Source: an uncultured Candidatus Saccharibacteria bacterium (GTDB lineage: Bacteria > Patescibacteriota > Minisyncoccia > Phycocordibacterales > UBA9973). From it: a stretch of DNA of 64,000 nt. Shown in pieces: positions 8,665 through 17,776 of this stretch. Every line of letters starts with the position of its first letter. Position 1 is the first letter of the stretch. The DNA is taken from positions 8,419-72,418 of the forward strand of contig CAZIZK010000003.1 of assembly GCA_964544225.1 (NCBI GenBank), given 5' to 3'. A program made the translations under genes and the position numbers. The notes beneath the pieces are model-generated. The model was given only the letters and a program-made list of their open reading frames with translations. It had not been told where the DNA came from and did no database searches.

Positions 8665-9454
8665 ATTTCAAAACCTGTACCCACTTTAGATCCTGAATAT
8701 TTACAGGGCTACGAAGTATCACCTTCTTCAATGGGTCGCGTGGGTCCGACACAATATCGGCAACTATCGCTACGATGCGTGAATTTATATTGGGAATTAT
8801 CACATTTGTTCCACTAACTACTTCCATGTCATGAGGAACCATTATCTCAAAGTTACCACCTCCACGGCCGGTAAGTTCGATACTGGCATTGGAGCCTTCG
8901 ATCTGGGCTTCAGTTACAACACCAGCTGTTGAGTACAACTTTACTAAACATGATTTATTATAAACTTCAAATACTCTACCTATAGGTACCTGTGCATTTG
9001 CAAATACTAACTGCCCAACACTCAAGTTGTGATCTGCACCAACATCGAGCACGATAGTGTCATAAGGTGACCTGTTTGGCTTTGTAAGGATCGTACCTAG
9101 GATAAACTCTTCCTTTTCGGTCTTGCGTGATAATAATAATTTCAAATCTTCATTGTCCTTCTTCAATAATTGATAATCAAGCATTGCAAGCTCCAGTTCT
9201 GAAACACGAGCATTTAGATTATAATTATCTTTCTCTAAAGTCTTCTTACTTTTTATAATATTGGTTGATCCATCGATAGCTACATTTACAGTGTCGGCAC
9301 TTCGCCAAAACGGCCTAGCTATTGTATGTAGTAATCCACCCAAGCCTTTGAATAATCCGGCCAATGATAAAAGTACCAGTAGTACAACAAGAATAACGCC
9401 TAATAAAAAGCGCTTCTTTACCCTATCTCTTTTTCTATCGTGGAGGTAAGACAT
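8663..9454 (-). CDS. mreC: Rod shape-determining protein MreC
   Basis: N-terminal TM, coiled coil (LKKDNEDLKLLL), beta domain (DTIVLDVGAD..IGRV..GRGGG); downstream of mreB. Confidence 0.85.
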   Translation of the reverse strand: MSYLHDRKRDRVKKRFLLGVILVVLLVLLSLAGLFKGLGGLLHTIARPFWRSADTVNVAIDGSTNIIKSKKTLEKDNYNLNARVSELELAMLDYQLLKKDNEDLKLLLSRKTEKEEFILGTILTKPNRSPYDTIVLDVGADHNLSVGQLVFANAQVPIGRVFEVYNKSCLVKLYSTAGVVTEAQIEGSNASIELTGRGGGNFEIMVPHDMEVVSGTNVIIPNINSRIVAIVADIVSDPRDPLKKVILRSPVNIQDLKWVQVLK

Positions 9455-10481
9455 TGTTGGTACTTACAAGAACATCTTTATAATTATCAAAATCCTCGAG
9501 TATCACACCTGTGCCTCGGGCCACAGCTGTCAGAGGATCTTCGGCTACATATATAGGGATCTTTATTACTTGGTGCAGTAGTGTGTCCAGGCCCCGGATG
9601 AGTGCACCTCCACCGATAAGCACGACTCCGCGGTGCATAATGTCGGACAATAATTCCGGAGGAGTAGTCTCCAGAACTTCGCGTACACCGTCTACTAACA
9701 TGAGTATTGATGGTGTTATCGCTTCACGAATGTCTGCATCAGTCACTATCACTTCGCGAGGTAGACCTGTTACCAAGTCACGGCCTCGGACTTCGGCTTC
9801 CATATATTCGCCTTCTACGGCAGAACCGATAGCGATCTTTACACCCTCGGCAGTCTTCTCGCCTATGAGCAATTTAAACTCGTCTTTCATGTAGTTGATA
9901 ATATCGGTGTTGAGTTTGTCGCCAGCTATCTTCAAGTTCTTCGAACGTACTACACCAGAAAGTGATATCACAGCCACGTCAGTTGTACCACCACCAATAT
10001 CGATAACTACAGAACCGACTGGTTCCTTTACAGGCAGTGCTATACCTACGGCACCTGCCATCGGTTCCTCTACTATGTGAACTTCACGAGCACCAGCACT
10101 ACGAGCGGCGTCTTGAACTGCGCGGATCTCTACATTAGTTATACCTGTTGGCACACCCACTACTACACGTGGACGGATGAACTTCTTTGACATCTTCTCG
10201 GCTTTACCTATCAGGTAGGCTAGCATTTCTTCAGTCACTTCAAAGTCCGATATCACCCCATCTACAATAGGGCGTACAGCACGCACGTGCCCTGGTGTAC
10301 GGCCTAGCATCTGCTTTGCCTCGGCACCCACTGCCACGATCTGCCCTGTTTTATTATTGACCACCACAACAGAAGGCTCGTTGATAACGATGCCATGACC
10401 ATTTAGATACACGAGGGTATTTGCAGTACCTAGATCAATCCCTATATCATTTGAAAATGTTTTGTATATCTTTTTCAGCAT
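9435..10481 (-). CDS. mreB: Rod shape-determining protein MreB
   Basis: IGIDLGTANT, EPSVV, EEPMAGA, DIGGGTTDVA, GGGALIRG. Confidence 0.97.
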   Translation of the reverse strand: MLKKIYKTFSNDIGIDLGTANTLVYLNGHGIVINEPSVVVVNNKTGQIVAVGAEAKQMLGRTPGHVRAVRPIVDGVISDFEVTEEMLAYLIGKAEKMSKKFIRPRVVVGVPTGITNVEIRAVQDAARSAGAREVHIVEEPMAGAVGIALPVKEPVGSVVIDIGGGTTDVAVISLSGVVRSKNLKIAGDKLNTDIINYMKDEFKLLIGEKTAEGVKIAIGSAVEGEYMEAEVRGRDLVTGLPREVIVTDADIREAITPSILMLVDGVREVLETTPPELLSDIMHRGVVLIGGGALIRGLDTLLHQVIKIPIYVAEDPLTAVARGTGVILEDFDNYKDVLVSTNNVLPPR

Positions 10482-11697
10482 AAATTTGTCCTTTCTCCTC
10501 TATCCTTTTCTTTACTTCGTAGCCACCATCTCTCAGACTCCTTGTCGATACTACCACACGATACGGAATTCCAATAAGGTCGGCATCGGCGAACTTCTCG
10601 CCAGCTGTGGTGTCAGCCCTGTCATCGTACAATACCTCTGTGCCACTTGAAATAAGTGATTCATACAATGCATCGGCCTTGGCTATCACTTCAGCATCAG
10701 CACCAAGTGATACGAGGTGCACCTTGAACGGTGCCACAGCCTCGGGCCAGATAATACCTTTGTCATCAGACAAAACTTCTACAATAGTACCCATTAGGCG
10801 TCCTGGGCCTATACCGTATGAGCCCATAAATACTGATTTACTTTCGCCTTCTTCTGTTTGGTATTTCAGATCAAGAGCGTCGGAAAAGCGTGTACCTAGG
10901 GTAAATATATTACCTACCTCTACCGCCCTGTTCTCTACCAAAGTTTCCTTCGACAAGCCTAGGCTTGTTAATACTTCATCATTGTAGACTTCCTTGTTCA
11001 CTGCGATTCCCTTTGATTCATCTACATATATAGTGTCCTCACCTGCGCCGGTGATAGTCTGGAACTCGTGCGAGAACTTCGAGAACATTCCACCCGAAGC
11101 AAAAGTCAGATATGTTAGGTGGCCGATACCTACACGCTTGAAAACATTCTTATAAGCTTCCTTTGCCTTCTCATAGAAAATATTATGTTCGGCCTCGTCG
11201 CGACAGAATGAGTATAGGTCCTTCATGACAAATTCGCGAGTACGCATAACACCGCTCTTTGCACGAGTTTCGTTGCGGAACTTGGTCTGGAATTGGTATA
11301 TAAATTTTGGCAAGTCACGATATGACTGCACGAAATTCTTTAGCATCTTTGTAATAGCTGCCTCGTGAGTTACAGCAAGACCTAGCTCGGTATCGTTCTT
11401 TAACTTTGTCTTGAACCATACGTCTACATTTGCATCGTTCCACTGATCTGTTGGTTCCCAAGTCTCCCTCTCTTGCAGTGATGTTAATACCACTTCCTGA
11501 CCATCGATAGCATTCATCTCCTCCCTTATAATATTCTCGATCTTTTTGAACACTTTTAGGCCCAGTGGCAAGTACGAGTAAACCCCCGCCATTTCCTTAT
11601 TTATAAAGCCTGCTTTTATTAAAAGCTCGGCATTCTTTGCCACCTCATCGGCTGGCATTTCCTTCTTTGTTTTAGTAAATAGTTGTGATTGTCGCAT
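10447..11697 (-). CDS. proS: Prolyl-tRNA synthetase (short form, no editing domain)
   Basis: MRQSQLF, YQFQTKFRNE.R..SGVMRTREFVMKDLYSF, EVGNIF.LG, MGSYGIGPGR, GEKFADADLIGIP. Start set at ATG 11697. Confidence 0.95.
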   Translation of the reverse strand: MRQSQLFTKTKKEMPADEVAKNAELLIKAGFINKEMAGVYSYLPLGLKVFKKIENIIREEMNAIDGQEVVLTSLQERETWEPTDQWNDANVDVWFKTKLKNDTELGLAVTHEAAITKMLKNFVQSYRDLPKFIYQFQTKFRNETRAKSGVMRTREFVMKDLYSFCRDEAEHNIFYEKAKEAYKNVFKRVGIGHLTYLTFASGGMFSKFSHEFQTITGAGEDTIYVDESKGIAVNKEVYNDEVLTSLGLSKETLVENRAVEVGNIFTLGTRFSDALDLKYQTEEGESKSVFMGSYGIGPGRLMGTIVEVLSDDKGIIWPEAVAPFKVHLVSLGADAEVIAKADALYESLISSGTEVLYDDRADTTAGEKFADADLIGIPYRVVVSTRSLRDGGYEVKKRIEEKGQIYAEKDIQNIFK

Positions 11698-11783
11698 ATA
11701 CCCCATCTTACCCTAAAATCCCCTTTTGGGCAAAAATAAAAAGCCTCCGTTTCCAAAGGCCCTTTTAAATAGTTTTTGATCTT

Positions 11784-12050
11784 TTAGCTTTCTTTTCCCG
11801 ATTTTTCTTCTTCTTCCATTTTTTTGTTTTTCATAGCAATAATTATCTTATTCGTCATTAAATTTATTACCGTAATAATAAATTGACAAAAAGCTAGAAT
11901 TCCAAAATAAACACACAAAAGAATTGCCAGTCTGTAACTAAACCATTCGTTCCGGAAATCAGGTTTAAGTTCACTTAAAAATACAGCAAAAGCAAAAAAC
12001 ATTGCCATAGTTGGGATGCTAATAAGACTTGGAATTTTAATTTTTTTCAT
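11784..12050 (-). CDS. Small hypothetical membrane protein (2 TM)
   Basis: 88-aa ORF with two hydrophobic stretches and a charged tail. Own promoter TTGACT-18-TATAAT at 12175-12146 (minus). Confidence 0.6.
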   Translation of the reverse strand: MKKIKIPSLISIPTMAMFFAFAVFLSELKPDFRNEWFSYRLAILLCVYFGILAFCQFIITVINLMTNKIIIAMKNKKMEEEEKSGKES

Positions 12051-12056
12051 GATTTT

Positions 12057-12120
12057 TTAGTTTTTAGTTAGTTGTCAAAAGATTCCCTAAAAACCCTTTG
12101 ATAACTAACCAAAAAACTAA
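12057..12120. repeat. 24-bp imperfect inverted repeat in the 5' UTR of the 88-aa orphan gene
   Basis: TTAGTTTTTTAGTTAGTTGTCAAA ... TTTGATAACTAACCAAAAAACTAA (2 mismatches). Confidence 0.65.
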
Positions 12121-12200
12121 GTCATGAATATTTCAATTTGTGTGTATTATACCACATAAATACACTAAAAGTCAATAGGTCTTACTTCCCTACTTTACCA

Positions 12201-12229
12201 TTGCAAAATAAGGGATTTTCTGGTATTAT
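12201..12229 (+). promoter_or_regulatory. rpsB-tsf promoter
   Basis: TTGCAA, 17 nt, TATTAT, with an extended -10 TG. Confidence 0.7.
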
Positions 12230-12240
12230 TGGGCTTGTAA

Positions 12241-12313
12241 TCCGTGAGGGGATTTTTTCATTTAAACCCCCTTGCCCCGTCGAAAAGGGCGAGCTGGAAT
12301 GCTTAAGAACGGG
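12241..12313 (+). promoter_or_regulatory. Structured rpsB 5' leader (candidate S2 autoregulatory element)
   Basis: Outer CCGT/ACGG pairing encloses GGGG..CCCC and CTTGCCC..GGGCGAG hairpins. rpsB leaders are known autoregulatory sites in other bacteria. Confidence 0.45.
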
Positions 12314-12344
12314 TTATATTATTAAGTAATTAACCATATAATAT

Positions 12345-13043
12345 ATGAGTAATACATCAAACAAAATCGATGCGATGTTTCAGGCAGGTACACACTTTGG
12401 GTACTCAAAGAGTCGCCGTCATCCATCAACTGTGCCATTTATCTTCAATACGAAGAATGGTGTAGACATTATAAATATTGAAAAGACAGAGGTAGATCTT
12501 GAAAAAGTTCTAGCATACGTATCATCACTTGCACAGTCTGGCAAAACAATCATGTTCGTAGGAACAAAGGCTGAGGCTCGTCATGCTACTGAAATAGCGG
12601 CCCTTGCACTAGGTATGCCATACGTTATCGAACGCTGGGTTGGTGGTACACTGACAAACTTCCCTGAGATAAAGAAGCGCATTACAAAGCTACTAGACTG
12701 GCGCGACCAAAAAGAAAAGGGTGGATTGGATAAATATACAAAGAAGGAACGCCTACTAATAGACCGCGAGATGGAGGACATGACTCGCAACTTCGAAGGT
12801 ATCACAGGTATGACAAAGGCTCCAGATGTAATGTTTGTTATCGATTCAAAGAAAGAACACATTGCAGTTACAGAAGCTCATAAAGTAAATATCCCTGTTA
12901 TTGCAGTATTGAACACTGACTGTAACATAAAGGAAGTAGAGCACCCTATCGTTGGTAACGACGGATCTGTGTCATCTATCACATTCTTCCTAGAAGCTAT
13001 CACAGAAGCTTACAAGAAGGGTCAAGCAGGCGAAACAAAATAA
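12345..13043 (+). CDS. rpsB: 30S ribosomal protein S2
   Basis: AGTHFGY, FVGTK, RWVGGTLTNF, NTDCN, GNDGS. Confidence 0.97.
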   Translation: MSNTSNKIDAMFQAGTHFGYSKSRRHPSTVPFIFNTKNGVDIINIEKTEVDLEKVLAYVSSLAQSGKTIMFVGTKAEARHATEIAALALGMPYVIERWVGGTLTNFPEIKKRITKLLDWRDQKEKGGLDKYTKKERLLIDREMEDMTRNFEGITGMTKAPDVMFVIDSKKEHIAVTEAHKVNIPVIAVLNTDCNIKEVEHPIVGNDGSVSSITFFLEAITEAYKKGQAGETK

Positions 13044-13088
13044 TATCCATCTGGAAATTATAATTAGTACTTTAAATTTAAAATAAAT

Positions 13089-13871
13089 ATGTCAACACAA
13101 ATAACAACAGAACAAGTAAAAGAATTAAGGGACTCAACTGGTGTGTCTGTAATGCAATGCCGTACTGCCCTAGTAGAAGCTGAGGGTGATATGGAAAAAG
13201 CATTATTGATATTGAAGAAGAAGTCTAGTGATATCGCTATGAAGAAGTCTGATCGTACTGCAAGTGAGGGTACAATAGTTGTTGTGGGTGATAGTAAAAA
13301 GGTAGTATTGTTAACTCTACACTGCGAGACAGACTTCGTAGCAAAGAACGAGGACTTTACAAACCTTGCTAACACTCTTGCAAACAAGGCTCTAACAGAT
13401 GGTATCGACGCTATGAAAGAAGCTTCTACAGAGATGATAAACCAAGTTGTACAAAAGGTTGGTGAGAAGCTAGAGCTAGGTACGACAGATGAGATAACTG
13501 GCGACACTATCGGTAGCTATGTACACGCTGGCAAGAGCGCTGTGATCGTATCTATGAAGGGTGGTAACGCAGATATTGCCCGTGATATAGCTATGCATAT
13601 AGCAGCTATGAAGCCTGCATACATGACTCGCGAGGAGATCGATGCAGATGCTCAGGCAAAAGTAAAAGAAATGTTCATGAAGGATGTTGCTGAGTCTGAC
13701 AAGCCACAAGAGATAAAGGACAAGATGCTCGAAGGTAAAATATCTACATACTTCAAAGAACAGACATTAGTAGACCAGAGCTTTGTAAAGAATCCTGACA
13801 TCACAGTAGGTGCATTACTTGCACAAAATGGTGCTTCATTGGTACAATTCATACGTGAGTCTATAAGTTAA
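13089..13871 (+). CDS. tsf: Elongation factor Ts
   Basis: VKELRDSTGVSVMQCR.AL, CETDFVAKN, DIAMHIAAM.P; follows rpsB. Confidence 0.97.
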   Translation: MSTQITTEQVKELRDSTGVSVMQCRTALVEAEGDMEKALLILKKKSSDIAMKKSDRTASEGTIVVVGDSKKVVLLTLHCETDFVAKNEDFTNLANTLANKALTDGIDAMKEASTEMINQVVQKVGEKLELGTTDEITGDTIGSYVHAGKSAVIVSMKGGNADIARDIAMHIAAMKPAYMTREEIDADAQAKVKEMFMKDVAESDKPQEIKDKMLEGKISTYFKEQTLVDQSFVKNPDITVGALLAQNGASLVQFIRESIS

Positions 13872-13874
13872 ACT

Positions 13875-14309
13875 ATGATCATTATTACAATTACAATCTT
13901 TATTGTTGCTATTGTTGCATCACTTTGCCTCCTAAGCTATAGTGCTTGGGAGGTGGAGACTGGTGTACGCAAGGAAGACACATATCCAGTGTTCAAAATC
14001 TCGATTAGGAAAACCGAGAAATATGTGCTATATTACACCAAATGGATATTGCAAAGTATTGTAATAAACATTGTAAAAGTTTGGTTTATATTGGTTGTAA
14101 AGACAAAGAAATTCCTAAAAGAAAAGTGGCCACAGTTAGTCCACAAGCTACGCCCAAAGCCTCTTGAGGCCGGTGAACGCCCATCTTTTGTACGTAAAGC
14201 TGTTATCGAATCAAAGATAAAGATCAAGCGCGTAAAGGAAAACATACGTGAAAAGCACAAAGTAAAAGTAAAGACAGAAGAATTAGAAAATACTGAGACT
14301 GTTGAATAA
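13875..14309 (+). CDS. Hypothetical basic membrane-anchored protein
   Basis: 144-aa ORF 3 nt after tsf, with an N-terminal TM and a Lys-rich C-terminus. Confidence 0.7.
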   Translation: MIIITITIFIVAIVASLCLLSYSAWEVETGVRKEDTYPVFKISIRKTEKYVLYYTKWILQSIVINIVKVWFILVVKTKKFLKEKWPQLVHKLRPKPLEAGERPSFVRKAVIESKIKIKRVKENIREKHKVKVKTEELENTETVE

Positions 14310-14409
14310 ATTACTTTTTAAAAAAAATTAATATGCCACTTTATGCTGTTTTGGTAGGTATAAGAAGTAAGTAATAAATTTAGGTTTGAAGTGTTCGATA
14401 AATTAATAC

Positions 14410-14482
14410 GCCGCTTTAGCTCAGTTGGTAGAGCAACGCTTTTGTAAAGCGAAGGTCCTCGGTTCAAGTCCGAGAAGCGGCT
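14410..14482 (+). tRNA. tRNA-Thr (TGT)
   Basis: GCCGCTT/AAGCGGC acceptor stem, TAGCTCAGTTGGTAGAGC D arm, anticodon loop TT-TGT-AA, GGTTCAAGTCC T loop; CCA not encoded. Confidence 0.95.
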
Positions 14483-14521
14483 CAAGGTAAGTATATAGGT
14501 TCTGTTCAAATATAACTAAAC

Positions 14522-14555
14522 AAAATAAAAACTCCCGTACGGGAGTTTTTATTTT
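14522..14555. terminator. Bidirectional intrinsic terminator (perfect 34-bp palindrome)
   Basis: AAAATAAAAACTCCCGT|ACGGGAGTTTTTATTTT between convergent units. Confidence 0.85.
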
Positions 14556-14558
14556 TTA

Positions 14559-15254
14559 TTAATTTGTATTCTCAGTTTGTACTTTAGTTTCTACTTTTTC
14601 TTTTGGTAGCAACTTCTTCAAGCCTGGTTCAGTCTTCTCGATCTCCTCGATAGTGTGGAAGCCTGTCATCTTCTTGTTGTTGATTATCAGTGCTGGAAGC
14701 TTTGTATCGTCTACCTTGTAGATCTTTAGCAGTGCACGCAATGCTGATAGGTCCAGATTGTAATCAAATGAATATACTCGCAAATCTGGGTACTTGTTAC
14801 GTAGCTCTGTCAGTACGAAGCCTTGCTTTGCACAGTCTGTACAGTTAGCGGCTGTAGTGTAGAAGTATAGTACCGGGATACGCTTTTGGCCACATTTGTC
14901 ATTGATCTTCTTTGTTAAAAGGTAATCTTTGATTTGTAGTATTGTATAGTAACGCTTCAGTTCCAGTACTGTATCGTTACCCTTCAAATTACGCTCACTG
15001 TATTCGATCTTGCTAGCTAAATCATTAAGTTCAATAGACAAGTTCTCTTCCCCATCGTCTTGATCACAAGACAGTTCTGAAAGTAATGAGAACTGAGTTT
15101 CAGAAGACATGATATCAGTAGCCAGCTTGTTCTGTATATCACGCATTAGTTGTATCTTCTTGTTTGTAAAGAAGTTACTTAGTCCCCCTGCTGTTGCAAA
15201 GAGTCCTAGTGTAATTAAGAAAACAATAATATATTTCTTCCAATCATTTTTCAT
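14559..15254 (-). CDS. Membrane-anchored thioredoxin-fold protein (CxxC)
   Basis: N-terminal TM, coiled region, VLYFYT..NCTDC, LRVYSFD, LPALIIN. Confidence 0.75.
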   Translation of the reverse strand: MKNDWKKYIIVFLITLGLFATAGGLSNFFTNKKIQLMRDIQNKLATDIMSSETQFSLLSELSCDQDDGEENLSIELNDLASKIEYSERNLKGNDTVLELKRYYTILQIKDYLLTKKINDKCGQKRIPVLYFYTTAANCTDCAKQGFVLTELRNKYPDLRVYSFDYNLDLSALRALLKIYKVDDTKLPALIINNKKMTGFHTIEEIEKTEPGLKKLLPKEKVETKVQTENTN

Positions 15255-15259
15255 ATATT

Positions 15260-16531
15260 TTAATTTTGTGTAAGTGAATAATCTCTTTCATTAACCCAAC
15301 TTGCTTCATGATTTGTTATTGCATTCCATAATGCCTTTAGAAGCCAAAAAGGTGCAATAACAGTATACACAATAATAAATAAAAGTATATCCCAAGATAG
15401 GGCCTTGCGTCCATACACCATCCTACGGCCGTTCAACAAGGCTACAATAACCAGTATGTATAGTAGTAGCGATACGAACATAAAGGCCTTTGTATCTATG
15501 AAGAACGGGTCTATAGTAACTCGTGAACCAAATAACGAATCTACCCCTACAGCCTGAACCTGTGTCACCTTTCTGAGTATAAAGTTGTATATCTGACTCA
15601 GACTAAATACAAGAAGAAATATAGTACCAGATATAGATATAAGGCCTGATGGCAGTGTAAACATGCCTACAGCCCCATAACGTGGCCTAAATATCAGCTC
15701 CTTGTAATCGCGGGCATTTTGCAAGAATCCATATATCCAGCGTACTCTCTGGCGAAACAATTTTGGCACACTACTTGGACCACCTGTATATACATAAGCG
15801 TCTGGGCAGTGGTTGATCTTGTAGCCAAATTTGTGCATACGCAAAGCTATCTCTTGGTCCTCGGTATGATGCGCCTTGCGGTATGGACCCAAGTCATCAA
15901 ATACTTTCTTACGAAAGATCGAGAATGGTCCCGGAGTCACATGGATACCCTCCATAAAAGCCAGCATCTTCTTTGTATAATGAGCCATATCGTACTCTGC
16001 GCGTTGAGCGTATTGGATAATACTCTTCGGGTCACGAACGATGATAGACGGTGCTACTGCCATAGTATCCAAATCATCAAAATAAGTAATGATACGCTTC
16101 AGTGCCTCGGGATGTACAGATGAGTCTGAATCCAGACATCCTACGAATTCAGATGTAGTTTTAGTCAGTCCATAGTTGAGTGCTGTGTGCTTGCCACCAT
16201 TTTCCTTTTTATACAAAGATACTTGCGGATTGTTAGCGTACTTTTGCAATACTTCCCAAGTCTTGTCTTTCGATCCGTCATCCACAGCGATTATGGATAA
16301 TTTATCTTTTGGATATTCGAGTGCTAGAAGCGAATCTACAGTTAGGCATATAACAGCCTCTTCGTTGTAGCAAGGTATAATGATAGTCACACTTGGGTAT
16401 TTATCCAGGGCAATATCATGTATTCGAATATTTATCTCTTTCCTGTTCTCGAAATATGTTATAAGTAAAAAAACTTGCACATAAACGGCAAGGAAGGACA
16501 TCGTGTAAAAGAGTATTAAAAACACTGACAT
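15260..16531 (-). CDS. Processive-type family 2 glycosyltransferase (membrane)
   Basis: IIIPCYNEE, DDGSKD, NGGKH.ALN, LDSDS, TED, QRVRW (QxxRW) and C-terminal TMs. Confidence 0.92.
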   Translation of the reverse strand: MSVFLILFYTMSFLAVYVQVFLLITYFENRKEINIRIHDIALDKYPSVTIIIPCYNEEAVICLTVDSLLALEYPKDKLSIIAVDDGSKDKTWEVLQKYANNPQVSLYKKENGGKHTALNYGLTKTTSEFVGCLDSDSSVHPEALKRIITYFDDLDTMAVAPSIIVRDPKSIIQYAQRAEYDMAHYTKKMLAFMEGIHVTPGPFSIFRKKVFDDLGPYRKAHHTEDQEIALRMHKFGYKINHCPDAYVYTGGPSSVPKLFRQRVRWIYGFLQNARDYKELIFRPRYGAVGMFTLPSGLISISGTIFLLVFSLSQIYNFILRKVTQVQAVGVDSLFGSRVTIDPFFIDTKAFMFVSLLLYILVIVALLNGRRMVYGRKALSWDILLFIIVYTVIAPFWLLKALWNAITNHEASWVNERDYSLTQN

Positions 16532-16561
16532 ATTCCCCTATACTAGCATTTTTACGCCTTT

Positions 16562-16610
16562 TTTTCAATAGAAAATACCCCTATCAAATAGGGGTATTTT
16601 CTATTGAAAA
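16562..16610. terminator. Intrinsic terminator with 23-bp perfect arms
   Basis: TTTTCAATAGAAAATACCCCTAT-caa-ATAGGGGTATTTTCTATTGAAAA just after the DUF378 stop. Confidence 0.8.
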
Positions 16611-16616
16611 CCTATA

Positions 16617-16919
16617 TTATATAGTCTTTGGAGTTTCAGCACATTCACCTTTGCAAGTCTTACATGGGCAACCAAATATACTAACAAGTGTACATACACC
16701 TACAACAACATATATGATAGCCTCAAGTGTTGGCATAGATCCTAGTAACAAATTCACAACGTTCAAATTTGTACCAATAAGCATACCCACACCTGTAAGA
16801 CCCCAGTTCAAACCACCAACCATTACCAATACATTGGCAATCTTTGCAAGGACACACTTATGACAGTGGCATCCACCCTTTCCATCGATAGCACAAACAC
16901 CGTTATTACAATTACACAT
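16617..16919 (-). CDS. DUF378-family small membrane protein with Cys-rich termini
   Basis: LVMVGGLNWGL.G...NVVNLLLG...IIYVVVGV matches the DUF378 pattern. Confidence 0.8.
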   Translation of the reverse strand: MCNCNNGVCAIDGKGGCHCHKCVLAKIANVLVMVGGLNWGLTGVGMLIGTNLNVVNLLLGSMPTLEAIIYVVVGVCTLVSIFGCPCKTCKGECAETPKTI

Positions 16920-17020
16920 ATTTATTAAAACAATTAAAATTATAATGACCTTTTATATTTATATTATATCACAATAACATGTATGGTGTGCAAGTATGTA
17001 AATATGCTACAATAAAACAT

Positions 17021-17716
17021 ATGGAAAATAACACAAAACAAACTATATCAACCCCTGTTGCTATTATTATCGCGGGTTTTCTTATTATGATTGGTATTAT
17101 AGTAACAAAAATGCCAGCAAAAAATGACATTAAAACAGATATTGCAGATACACAAACAAGCATCGACTCTATGAAGCCAATATCAAAAGATGATCATGTT
17201 TTTGGTGACCTATCAAAGGCTCAAGTCGTAATAGTTGAATACTCCGATACAGAGTGCCCTTTCTGCAAGAATTTCCACAAATCTATTCACAAAGAAATAG
17301 CTAAATACGGTGACAAAGTGGCTTGGGTTTACCGCCACTTCCCACTAGACTCTATCCACCCAAAGACTCGCATGGAGGCTCGTGCTACAGAATGTGTGGC
17401 TTCTATCGTAGGTAACGATGTTTTCTGGAAATATCTCGATGTAATATTCGACAAGACTCCTGCTAATAATGGTCTAGATCTTGCCCAACTTCCAGTATTT
17501 GCTGAAGCCCTCGGTGTAGACAAGGCAAAATTTGCAGATTGTTATGCAAAGACAGACATGGATGCTGTAGTTGAAGCTCAATACCAAGATGGAGTAAATA
17601 TTGGAGTAACAAGTACACCGTATTCTATAATTATGGATCGTTCTGGCAACAAGGTTCCTATACGTGGTGCAGATGAGCAAGCATTATCATCCACCCTTGC
17701 CGACATGTTGAAGTAA
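17021..17716 (+). CDS. DsbA-family thiol-disulfide oxidoreductase
   Basis: N-terminal TM, VEYSDTECPFCK.FH, YRHFPL..IHP, GVTSTP. Start at ATG 17021. Confidence 0.9.
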   Translation: MENNTKQTISTPVAIIIAGFLIMIGIIVTKMPAKNDIKTDIADTQTSIDSMKPISKDDHVFGDLSKAQVVIVEYSDTECPFCKNFHKSIHKEIAKYGDKVAWVYRHFPLDSIHPKTRMEARATECVASIVGNDVFWKYLDVIFDKTPANNGLDLAQLPVFAEALGVDKAKFADCYAKTDMDAVVEAQYQDGVNIGVTSTPYSIIMDRSGNKVPIRGADEQALSSTLADMLK

Positions 17717-17730
17717 ATAAATTAAATCAT

Positions 17731-17770
17731 ACAATTAAAAAGCCCTACATATGTAGGGCTTTTTAATTGT
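17731..17770. terminator. Bidirectional terminator (perfect 40-bp palindrome)
   Basis: ACAATTAAAAAGCCCTACAT|ATGTAGGGCTTTTTAATTGT between convergent dsbA-like and rpoD genes. Confidence 0.85.
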
Positions 17771-17776
17771 AGAATA

